NCBI GenBank assembly: GCA_002633005.1
Contig: NMRA01000033.1
Coordinates: 622,233-686,232, forward strand
DNA length: 64,000 nucleotides
DNA from: Phoronis australis
Lineage: Eukaryota; Animalia; Phoronida
Direction: 5' to 3'
The position numbers and the translations under genes were made by a program. Of the stretch, positions 52,701-64,000 are shown one piece after another. Within the stretch, counting starts at the first letter, position 1, and each line of letters opens with the position of its first letter. Under the pieces are notes generated by a model. It had not been told where the DNA came from. It ran no database searches and saw nothing but the letters and a program-made list of their open reading frames with translations.

Positions 52701-53299
52701 CTCTCAAGTATTCATTGAACTATAAACAGTATTGCCCAGTTATATTTTACTGCTTTTTAATTTTCTGTACCAATGACAAATCAAGTCGTCAGCCATCTTA
52801 CGAGCATAGATTTTGATCTAATGCAATGACATTGTAATAGTGATCTGAATGCCAGCCAATGAGCTCAGTGAATGCTTCCCTTGCCCCCTAACTTCATGAC
52901 ATGAGTTCCCCGCTAGCAGCTAGGTCAATTTTTTTTTTTAAAGTTTTGAAGGGCTTGATTTCCTTGCAGTTATATTCGCTGTACTATTTCTGCAGATTAA
53001 TGTCTTAAGGCGATCGTAATTTCGACATGTGCAGGTTAATGTTTCGAGTATTTTATGTATGACACTAAGTTACACTTCCATTATACAGATTTCCAACCCT
53101 GTTGAAGGGTTGTTTACTGAGTAGGTCGGGTACTCTCCGGGCTCGGTGATAGGCGGATAGGCAGTTGCGACGAGGTTACTATCGTCAACTGAGATTAACG
53201 TGTGTAAGAGACGTGCCAATAAACCTCATTGAACTCGGGTTCTAAGTAAACAAAGTGGCCATTTTTTTAAAGATAACAAATAAGTGTGAAATGCAAAAA

Positions 53300-54400
53300 C
53301 AACACGTTTAAATGCTTTACGTACCTTTCCACAGACCGCTTTCCGGAAACCAGTCCCGCAGTTGCGCACATGAAGCAAACTGGACTGAAACTTTTCCGGT
53401 AGATGTCAGGGCATTACAACAAAATTCCCAGGGCTCACACCAATATCAACCGCTGTGGGAGTACCCTGTAAGCCAAAACCAGCGTATAGTATGATGCACG
53501 GCCTTTTTGCGGGTAAAAAACATAGCAATAAGCAATAGAAACCATCCCTATTTCAAGACAGCCAGTCTATTCGAAAACTGACTCCTTTGTACCCCTAGTT
53601 TTGGTAGCGGATCTGGGATATCATAAGGGGGCCCGAAGTTTTGTCTTAGGGAATCGCGTAAAGCACGGGTGCGCAGTCGGGCCGAGCCTAAAATATAGGG
53701 GAGGCTCGAATTTATGGCCATGTGAGCGACTAAAAAAAAACGAGAAACCGATTCTGCCGACGGTCTCACAATCGGTTCTCAGTGAGCCCCCACCCCCCAC
53801 CATTGTAGTTTTCCCGCAGCCAAGGAGGGGGGGGGGGCTAAATCCCCCTATGAGTTTTGTAAGTGAAATTACTAGGTGGCCGGAACTAACACAATTGAAA
53901 ATTAGTTTTTATGCAAACCACTGCTGTTATTACAGAATTGTCCAACATCTCAATGGCTAGTTCATCAAACTGATCACATTAAATTTAATTTCTGTATCTT
54001 GTTGAGGGTCACCCATAGATAATAATTTTCTAATTAACTAGACTACATATTAGCAGTGAGTCACTGACGTACCGCAGAGGCTCCAACTTGAAAAATGTAG
54101 AAGAGGGAGATTCTCCTCCCCGAGTGAGTGTAGAAAGCGCAAACGCGAGCGCCGTAGGCTCGATCTGCATCTAACGGGATTCATGGGCATGCACCGACCG
54201 CGACTCGGGATTTGTTTTTTGACACAAGATAAACTATTCAAGTTGGGAGTTCTTAGCAGATTGGCGGAAGGTCGTGAGGATTTTATAAGTTATTTATATT
54301 TAAAAGCGGCACATGTCCCACCGTCGGCGGGAGCGTTCAGAAGCGTCTAGTTCGGATTACATCCTAAACATACTAAAACCAAACTAACAGGTATGTCAAA
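53300..54400. promoter_or_regulatory. CpG-rich probable divergent promoter with outward-facing first-exon donors
   Basis: Local CpG enrichment, ETS-like CCGGAA sites (53343 and ~53394), minus-strand donor GAAAG|GTACGT at ~53324, plus-strand donor AACAG|GTATGT at 54390. Confidence 0.45.
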
Positions 54401-57400
54401 ACCAGGTACAATGTTTTGAAAATTAAAGTAGTTGCCATGACAACTATTACAAATACTGCTTCTTCAGCAGCATAAACGTTGCATAAAACACATACAACAG
54501 CTTGTAATGAATAAAGTAATACATTTGGATGCTTTCATCAAAGGTGTTCCATATGAATACCAAATACAAGATTTTTGTATCTGGTTTTATAAAGAAGTTC
54601 ATTATGGGTTACAATTGAAAACGACATTTTCTGTAAAAAGAATTCTGGCATGCTCTTGCTTTTGTTTTATTGCATATGCAGTTTGATAGGGCTACTATTT
54701 TATAATTCAGCTTACCGATTCGCTGCTCTGAATTTCGGATTTTGGAAAAAATCATATCTGTTTTTTTATTTTCAACGACTCCAGCTTTTAAAATATGGCT
54801 GCAGGAATAAAAAAATAACAACAGAGTTCGATTTGGAAGTCCGTCGCCGTGCCTGGGTTCTTCTATTTCCCCACCCCTGAATTTTTGTGAAAAAATAAAA
54901 AATACTGAGTGAAGTTTTGAGAAAAGTATCAACTGGATAAAATATAAGGAAGTCGAGAGAGAAAATTCTAGTGCGCGATTTACCCCGGAGGGCCCAAGCC
55001 AAAACATCGCTGTTGGGGGACTATCTTTTCAGCATAGATCGTCACTTGAAAGCTTGCATTTAATCATTCCTACATGTATTTTGAAAATGTCGAGAAAATA
55101 TGTAAAGCACACCTTTTGCAGAGCATATTGTTGCACTGGATTTGTGAATCAAGAAGACGATGCAAAAACTATATTTTTCCATGGATTCCTCTCTGGCAAG
55201 GGATGATCGAATCATCATTCGCTCTTTCTTTTCCTTTCTCTGGAAATTGTTTATCACTCGATAAAAAATGAGAGCCTGGGAAACAGTGTCAATTGCCGCT
55301 CGTTTCCTGTTTCTTGGACTTATAGATCCCTTTTATGACATCCGTTCGGACATTATTTTAGTGTTTTTAATTGAGAACTGTTTGATGGGACGCTCACGGG
55401 CGGGATAGAAGGCACAATAATGGAATCGATTGCCTCTGTTATCTTGTTTTTGTGAAATCTTACAACCTTTTATATTTGGTGGGTTACACGATGATGGATT
55501 TAATTTCACTCTTTTCCATTTATTGATGATATTTAGCCTTTCATATTCATGGCTACCTTTGCCTCTCTATAAATCCGGCACTGACGACTATTCATGATTG
55601 AAAAAAGATAAGTTTGCAAATTCATCAAAAAAAAAAACAAAGTCGTGCAAAGCACATTAGTATCAAGGTAGTATCAAGGCATTCGGTCCAAGCAACCAAA
55701 AATGATGTATTGAACAATACAATTGGTAGGATCGCCATCGTAAGGATAGTTTAAAAAACTTGATGACCACTATTTGTGAATACATACCAACTTAACGATA
55801 AAATGTGGATACTTTTCCCAACAGTGTCATAAGAATAGTACTTTGTAACAAACTCGCACATGTTGAACATGTCTTCCGAGGGAACCATTTTTCATGAGCG
55901 TTAGTACATATCTAGCTGATTAATCAAAGTACACTTGGCAATCAAAAACCTCTGGAATGAACCAAAATACACGTTTAACACGAATCAATTCTGAAACTTT
56001 TTTGGGGGGCTCCCAACCCCGCAGGATATGCCTCATCCCCTACTCCTTGCCTGTCAAGAATCATCGAACATACTTTCGGGAATAGTCTGATAACAGCAAA
56101 TTCATTAGTTTCTGATGACTTTTTACTATTAGAAGCAAACCCTGCAAGTACTACTGATGCTTCAGTGAACGTAGTTGCAGAGTCGTGGGAAAATCTCTAT
56201 CATCCGATCCCTAAATAGCCGCAATGAAGTACACCAGACGATATTTGGGTATCTGAAATAACTCTCAAATATTGACAAAATTCAGACAGTTCTAAAGGGT
56301 GTCCCAAAAAGTGCTCTCACAATTCAAAGGACAATTAATACATTAGTGGTTTAAATTCAAAAACAGGTGATCAAAAAAGAATTCAAGAAGGCATTCCTCA
56401 TTAAGTTGGGAAGATTAATTGTCTTTGCAATTTCTTGATGTTTTTTAGTTTCCACCATAAATTTTCGTTCTCCAAAGCAGTTTGCGAATCCATGGAACCA
56501 ATCGAATATTTTTTTCTCATTGTCTAAACGACTCTGCTAGGTGTTCAATCTATGCAACAAAAGAACATCAAGTGTACTGTGGTAGTTCCCGGAAATGAAG
56601 TACAACGTAAGGCCAGGAGAGGGCAGCACATTTTGATCCTGAAATCGCTGGTCGGGTGTTCACAAAATATTTGCTTTTTGGTCACGTTTGCAATGACAAA
56701 TTATGTACATCGTGTTGACTACTGTTAGTCAAAAGGATGTTGTCAGTAAGGGTACTAATGTACCATGCCTGACAGCGGAATTTAACGCACCGTGCCAACA
56801 GACAGTTGTCATCAACAGTATTAATCTCGTTCCTCCGCCTCCGGCTAAAGACAAAGTCCTAAGCCGAGGACTGCAAACTCAACCGTGTGTGGAGCTGTAG
56901 GCCTAAATCAAGAATCAAAACCCAAGAATTCCTGATGATTTGGCTGTATTGACCAGTACGTATGGTTGGTTGTAAAATTTATGTGGAACAGGTGCATATC
57001 CTGGCTACAGATCTCAGCAACCCCTTCGCCTCGGCCTCCTCAGCTGTGCCATTTTGGGCTTGGAGGGGTAACTAGTCCGCAAAGTGGATTAGAATTTTGC
57101 GGATAGTTGTAGATCATGGGTGCCATTCACACATACAAATGACCTTTTGAAATTGACATGGAAAGTCAGTGAAAGCAGTTCTTAGTGAACCAAATTCTTG
57201 GTTAAATACATGTTACGACAAAAGTGGAGTAAACGTGTCCATCTTCAAAATGGCTACCGGAACCAATTTACATGGAATAACGGAAATTGCCATTACTCAG
57301 TGAAAACTGGTTCCCGGCAGCCATTTTTGAGAGGGAACCATCTACTCCACTTTTACTCAGATCTCAGTTGGACTAGCTGCAGCTTAACAAAGAGTTATAG

Positions 57401-57844
57401 TCCTGGCTGAGAAGATAAGTGTTTTATTACCCCCTATGAATTTGTGAATAGCTGAGCCCTCAATGGCTATCTTTGTGTTCCGGATGCAAAAAAAGGCCAG
57501 CGCCCTGTCTTTCGGCCACTTGGAACAATTATACATTTCAGGTGTTTTGTAGGATTCCCCTTTGTTGAGCACCATGCAATGTTGAAAAATCTGCCATCAC
57601 CAAGACTTAATCTGGGGCTTCCCGCACGAAAGTCCAAACCATTCACCTAATTGCTGCTATGGGAAGCGGCTTGGATATTTTTTATTGGTCTGTCACGACA
57701 CAAAGTCACATGATACAACTCAATAATTTGTTATGCGCTTTATTTTCGATTCTGCCTAGGCCTGTCCTGTCCCCTCTATCATGTATGTTTCAAATACACT
57801 GGCAGCATCTAGCAGCTGTCTGCCAATAAACTAGTCATGGACTC

Positions 57845-58172
57845 CTGTGCCCAGTTGCATGAAACAGTCCCAAATAGAGACTCAACTAAGTACCCTAAAT
57901 TTATTGCGTATTTGTGGACTTGTTAGCTTTGATACAAATCGATCTAGTGAACTCTATATTGAATTCTCAATGGTATCAAAAATAAATAGGAATTTTTTCA
58001 TGCAAGGCTCCTAATTTAACGACTTAGTCCCTATTATGTTTATTGAACTCAGGGCTCAGTTTTTAGTTAGAAAATGTCATGAGTCAAAAAGGAGCTCGTG
58101 AATAAATGTGAAATTAACTTTTAGTGACCTTTGTTGAGTCCCTGTTTGGGACTGTTTCATGCATTTGTGCAG
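57845..58172. mobile_element. ~330-bp MITE with ~45-bp imperfect TIRs
   Basis: TGCATGAAACAGTCCCAAA (57856-57874) is the exact reverse complement of 58145-58163, and symmetry extends through GACTCAAC/GTTGAGTC. Confidence 0.8.
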
Positions 58173-58197
58173 TGACAAATAATGCTATGCCCCTTCA

Positions 58198-61100
58198 TAG
58201 ACCGGGATCCCACAGCTTTTTTGGGCATGAAAAGGTAACCAATTTCCTTTGGTGCCACAGTGGTCTATGGGTATCCTCATGCTTGGAAATGGCCGTCTGG
58301 CAGGTTCGCTCTGGTGGATGTGGTCAGGGGAGCCAAGAGAATGGCACTCAAAAATTGAGCTATATCAACTTTTCTGGTAACCACTTCAAACTGCCTCCGA
58401 TACCTACTACCTAATCCACTGTATTAAAATTGGTCACTGCCAGACAATTTCAGTGGTGGAAAGTATCAGCCAGACGGTTATAAACAAGGTAAAAAAAATG
58501 AACTATATCAATCCAAGAGGTAACCACATGAAACCAGTTGCAAAATATTCACCGTGAGCACAGGTATCACGAGTAAACACTGCCAGACAAATCTAGTGGT
58601 GGATTAGCACTGCCAGACACGCCCAAATACCTGAGTTGAGCTAGATCAACCCAGTAGGTAACCGTTTGAAACAAATTGTACGATGTTCAGCATCACTGTA
58701 CATGGCATAACAGTAAGATGCCGGACAATTTCAGTGGTGGGATGCCCCTGCCAGACGATTATCAAAAAGGTTTAAAAATTGAGCTAGATCAACCCAAGAG
58801 GTAACTGCTTAAAACTAGTTGCAAAATATTCACCGTAAACCCAGGTATCACGAATAAACACTGCCAGACAAATCTAGTGGTGGGTTAGCTCCGCCGGACA
58901 TGCCCAATTACCTGAGTTGAGCTAGATCAGCCCACTAGGTAACCATTTGAAACCAGTTGCACAATGCTTAGCATCACTGCACATGGCAGTAAGATGCTAG
59001 ACAATTTCAGCATTATGGTGCCCCTGCCAGACGACTAAAGAAAGGGCTAAAATTTGAGGTAAATCAACCCAAGAGGTAACTGCATGAAACCAGTTGGAAA
59101 ATATTCTACATAAGCCCATGTATCATGAATAAACACTGCAAGACTTGTCTAGAGGTGGTTAGCCCAGCCAGACACGACTAAATATCTGAGTTGGGCCAGA
59201 TTTATCTGCCAGGTAATCGTTTGAAACAGTTTGCATATCGAGCAACATTCAACATGCAACAAAAGGTACTTTTCAGACATTTTCAGGTGTGGGGCAGTAG
59301 CATGCAGAGATTTGGTCGATGCAAGTTTTTCTTGGATGCCTCTCTTAACTCAAATGCATATATTCTATTCATGCCCGTAACCAGCATTGGGGGGGGGGCT
59401 CAAATTTCAAGAATGGTGGACCTTTGGAGTTCTTGGCAAGACCTTTGACGGAGCTCAATTAGGGGGAAGGGAAATCTGTATGCACAACGATGACTCTCAG
59501 CTCTATGTTCATGAGATGAGACAGAATTTGTAATATCAAAAAAAGGATGCTCAAAATGAACTTAACTAGTTACGGTAAGTTTAGCTGGCGATCAAAATCT
59601 GCTACTGTTTCGGTACTTCAAGTTGAAAACTTAGATAAAAAGTTATCAACCCGTTCCCGGTAAGAAAAAAACATTAGTGGGCAGAAGCACTAAAAATTAA
59701 ATAAAACCAAATTTATGAAACTTATCGTTCCTTTGGGAAGTGACCCTTTGTGATGAATAGCACAAGTTAACCTTTTTAGTCATTTTGTAATATTTATAAT
59801 GTACCAATTAAGTTAAAACTACTCCAGAATTGCAGACTATAACTCTGCAAATGTCAGAGAAAACCAAATTGGGGGTAATAACAACAACCATTGTTGAGAC
59901 AGTAATGCTAGCAATTACCTATCCACTTCATTTGCTCAGATCTACCAATGATTTTATAGTTACCTAAGATCTCCGACTTATGACCTAAATATGTCACAGT
60001 GTTACAAGTAGTGCCACCTTCTGGAAGGCGCTCAAATACAGCATAATAACATGGATGACTGTAATGCCAGTGTTTCCTCTAGTGCTTACAAAATACTTTG
60101 TTTCACTTGCCTAAAGATAAGGAGAGGTAAGTGTATATTCATTATATATTCGAATGAGCCCCCCCCCATTTGGCAAAGTGGGCAAAAAGGTCCGCCCCTG
60201 AGAGACAAAATGTCCGAGGAAATGGGACAAAAGTCCAGTAAATAAGCGCAAAGGCGCAATTCACAGTGTTTTTTTATTTAGTCCACCCGCTCTTTTGTTA
60301 GCAAAAGGTCCGTAACGTCAGGAATTCGAGCCCCCCCATTTTGAAGGCTGGGTGCGCGCATGCTGACGTAAACTTGCAGACAAAAATCTCTCACCTTGTG
60401 TGGTGACTTATGTCGTACGGACTCACTGGCTTTATTAAAAATCGAAGTGCCTGGTTCCTCGATATGATGCTTATTTAGTGTGAATGGGCTTATAACTAAT
60501 TTTGTTTCGACTCTTTATAATTTGTTGTGCCACGTGCTGACCATCGTGCATTTGAATTCAAATGGTTACCTAGTGGATTGGTCTAGCTCAACTCAGGTGC
60601 TTGGATAACCAACCCACCAATAGATGTGTCTGGCAGTATCTATTCTTGATACCTGGGCTTACGGTGAATATTTTGCAACTGGTTTTAAGCGGTTACCTCT
60701 TGGGTTGATCTACCTCAATTTTTAACCCTTTTTGATAATCGTCTGGCAGGGACACTCCACCACTGAAATTGTCTGGCATCTAACTGTTGTTCCATGTACA
60801 GTGATGCTGAACATCGTGCAATTGGTTTCAAACGGTTACCTGGTGGGTTGATCTAGCTCAACTCGGGTATTTGAGCGTGTCTGGCGTGGCTAACCCACCA
60901 CTATATTTGTATGGCAGTGCTCATTCGTGATACCTGGGCTAGCGGTGAATATTTCGCAACTGATTTCATGCGGTTACCTGTTGGATTGATCTACCTCAAT
61001 TTTTTACCTTGTTTATAATGGTCTGACTGATACTTTCCACCACTGAAATTGTCTGGCAGTGACCAATTTTGATACAGTGGATTAGGTAGTAGGCATCGGA

Positions 61101-61296
61101 GGCAGTTTGAAGTGGTTACCAGAAAAGTTGATCTAGCTCAATTTTTGAATGCATTCTCCTAGCCCACCTGACCACACCCACCAGAGCGAACCTGCCAGAC
61201 GGCCATTTCCAAGCATGAGGATACCCATAGACCACTGTGGTACCAAAAAAAATTGGTTACCTTTCATGCCCAAAAAACCTGTGGGATCCCGGTCTA
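58198..61296. mobile_element. 3.1-kb non-autonomous foldback DNA transposon, Academ-like
   Basis: Ends TAGACCGGGATCCCACAG / CTGTGGGATCCCGGTCTA; TTCA duplicated at 58194-58197 and 61297-61300; arms ~58198-59270 and ~60560-61296 are inverted copies built from ~140-bp tandem units; no transposase ORF. Confidence 0.9.
60150..60362. mobile_element. 5'-truncated copy of the 2489-2728 MITE nested inside the foldback element
   Basis: CCCCCATTTGGC..GTGGGCAAAAAGGTCCGCC..AGAGACAAAA..TTGAAGGCTGGGTGCGCGCATG shared with ~2545-2728. Confidence 0.85.
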
Positions 61297-62386
61297 TTCA
61301 TTTTGATTATTAAATGCAGTTGTTCTAGCAGCCCAATCAAAGTGCGCGATAATGGAGTATTTTGTAACTGAAGTTACTGAGTTTGTAATAGTTTTGCATG
61401 GAGATTGTTGAACATAAATTATTGTCGTGAAACAGCCAAAAGAAAGTGGTATGTAATGTGAAACTTCACTGTTATAGTTTTATCCTTGGCGTAATCACTT
61501 TGAAGGCATCTTTAAACTTTGAAAATTATTGTAACATCCCAGGACCCTACTATCATGTATCATAGCCGTTGCAGTTATATCGCCTGTGGTAGGGCTCGGC
61601 CCTCAAGCATGGGTAATTCCCATTTAAATTTGAAAATGCAGGGAAAGACATCGATTGAAGTATGCATATAGGCTCTGATTTATAGTTAACACTTGCCCAG
61701 AATTCGAAGTCAACTTGAATTTAGTCAACATAATTTGAACATATCCAAGGCATGAAATTTTGTCGAGTTTCACTTGAGGTTTTCTCGCTTTGTGCCATGT
61801 TCAGGATGTTACATGGGATCAAGCCAGTTCTCAAACGAAAAGTCCAAAGGACACAAATCTTACAAGTTCTTCTGGTAGATGACATTTAAGCAACAACATA
61901 TGCAATTCTCGTGTTGTGTGGACTAACCAAGTAATTTCCCTGTCCTAAATTGTCTGACGTCACCTTTAAGCTTATCATTTTTCCCTTGCTGTGCTTTTTC
62001 ATGGCAACTAAAAAGTAGAGTTGAAATCATTTGTGAACTCCATCTCATTTCCTGTAGACGTGTTTTATCTTCAAGGGTATTCATAGGACCAGAAAAGATT
62101 GTTGATGAAAGGGATATTTTTTGTAACATGTAGTTATGACGAAGTCAAAACTTCTTATTTGGTTGCCCAAATTCAGCAACTGCCTCTTGATATATTTGTG
62201 ACTAAATGAGTGCATAACATTATGGAGAGACCTTTTAGGGTCAAAGCTTTGCCCATCTCTATCACTGCGCCACCTTTACTGCTGACTGACCCTGTGAATG
62301 GGTGATGAAATGCATTCTTGACACCTTGTAATTTGGTGCCAAACAGTCTGCTCTTGATAGTTGCAACACTCACAAACCGCGGAGGC

Positions 62387-63330
62387 TTTTTTATGCACCT
62401 ACATATTTATATGTGGATGCATTATGCCGTCATCTGTACATCCGTCTGTCTGGCGTCTGCTGCTCTATCTCCAAAACCCTTTGACGTACATTCATGAAAT
62501 TTTGCACTTAAGTTCCTTTTATGGATGGGACAGCATGAGCGAACTTTCAGACAGATCCGACTACCGGTGTGCCCCCAAGTGGCAATTTTATTTTTTTATG
62601 CTTACCTTTATATCCTCAATGGTCCTCGACGTATTTTCATGAAATTTGGAGTATAGGCATCTATTGGTGATGTGACGCTATTCTCATGTCTTCGAATGGA
62701 TTCAACGTAGTTTGCACCACCCAATGGCCCTTTTTGCTGTTTTCGAGTCTGTTTTTTGGCGTCCACCCCTCTGTCAACCAAACTGTCCTAAGGATGACTG
62801 TGAAAATTGGCATGCATCTTCTTGCTATGAAGAGGACGGCTGACGGTGATTTTACGACAATTTCGACTACTGTGGTGCCTCCAAGTGGTAGTTTTAATTT
62901 TTTCACGCCCATGGCTGTATGTGCTAAGCCGTTGGCAGGATCTTTGCTAAATTTAGCAAGTGTATTTATGTGATGTTGACAACAGATGACAACAATTTTC
63001 GGACGGATATGTGTGCCCCCTAGTGACAAGTTTATTTTTGTATGTTTACCACTGTATCTTCAAAGGTCCTCAACGGATTTTCAGAAAATTTGGAATATAG
63101 GCATCTAATGGTGAGATGATGGTATCATCCCGTTTTCGGCTGGAATCGAGGTACTTTGTGCCACCTAGTAGCCACTTTTCCTGTTTTCAAGTCTGTTTTT
63201 TGGCATCCACCCCTCGATCGACCAAAACATTCTAAGGTGATTTTGAAAATTGGCGTATATGTTCTCAGTGTGAAGAGGACAGTTGACGATAACGAATTTG
63301 ACTGCTGTGGTGTCTCCTACTGGTAGTTTC
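62387..63330 (+). mobile_element. DINE-1/HINE-like (Helentron-associated) element with an internal tandem array
   Basis: T-run, short inverted repeat ATGCACCTACATAT / ATATGTGGATGCAT, GTCY-like microsatellite, then ~145-bp units; ~62590-62895 is repeated at ~63030-63330. Confidence 0.7.
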
Positions 63331-64000
63331 TGCAAATTTTGCCATGCCTCGAGGTGTCAGTAGTTTTAGTTGTTGATGCTATTTGCTGTGGGCAAGTTGA
63401 CACACCTGTGACAACATGCCCCACTTTGTCCAGGTAGTGTTACTTGTTCTGGGATAATTTGCCGTAGCACAATTAACAGCGAGTTCACAAACCTTCGGAC
63501 AAGCAATAAGTATTAGCTGCCTTCATTTGCACCTCTGTTTTCTTCTATTCTTGGCATGTTTAAGTATTTTGATAATCACTTCATCAAGATGTAGAAATGT
63601 CCAAAAACTTCACAGGAGAAATCAAAAAATTAACAATTTCAAAACCCAGTAAATGTGAAAGTTTCAACCTTCATTGTGTCGTATGGTGTCTTGTGTGTTG
63701 TGTGGATGTTCAGCTGACTGAGGGCAACTTGCAATAGTTGTGGTGGAAATAGTAAGATTTATTCTGGATAAAGCCTTATTTGCTATTAATTGTTCTCCCA
63801 CAGGAAAAATCAGGAACCCCAACTGTGTTCATTTGATACATTTCACTACTGGACAACCTCAGCGTCTATGTATTCTCCCATAGGGAAAGAGACCTGAAAA
63901 GGTTCAACTGTATGTAGGTTAATGCTTGGGAGGCATTATACACTGAGGTCACAAATTATCGCACCGGCATTTTACGTAGCCCACCTGATAAAACACCCAT

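Noticed and set aside
56294-56420. Tc1/mariner-like terminus AAAGGGTGTCCCAAAA
   Set aside because: No matching second terminus found.
58355-59270. Regularly spaced repeats resembling a CRISPR array
   Set aside because: The intervening sequences are themselves homologous, the context is eukaryotic and there are no cas genes.

Overview
This is AT-rich, intron-containing animal DNA, most likely a marine invertebrate (species not determinable), from a draft assembly with a 206-N gap at 25582-25787. Three host genes are supported, all on the minus strand: (1) exon 1 of a short-chain dehydrogenase/reductase (C-factor/sniffer-like, 2181-2312); (2) an intronless HEXIM, the 7SK/P-TEFb inhibitor (6973-7833); (3) a multi-exon gene of about 600 aa (13369-29118, start codon unresolved) ending in a PNP/UDP-phosphorylase (MTA/SAH nucleosidase-like) domain, reconstructed by hand with frame-consistent GT-AG exons including a candidate 12-nt microexon. 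A ~2 kb piece of gene 3 appears twice around the gap; only one copy carries a THAP-encoding Kolobok-like insertion at a TTAA, which best fits two alleles scaffolded in tandem. The rest is intron or intergenic DNA rich in non-autonomous DNA transposons: a 3.1-kb Academ-like foldback, a 63-bp perfect-hairpin element with a 9-bp target-site duplication (TSD), hAT/Harbinger/Kolobok-like MITEs, and a DINE-1/HINE-like element with a periodic CTCF-like motif array. A probable divergent promoter lies at 53.3-54.4 kb. No tRNA, rRNA, CRISPR, 7SK or telomerase RNA could be supported, and I did not find a clearly new multi-gene system. All alignments were done by eye and family assignments are from recalled motifs, not searches.
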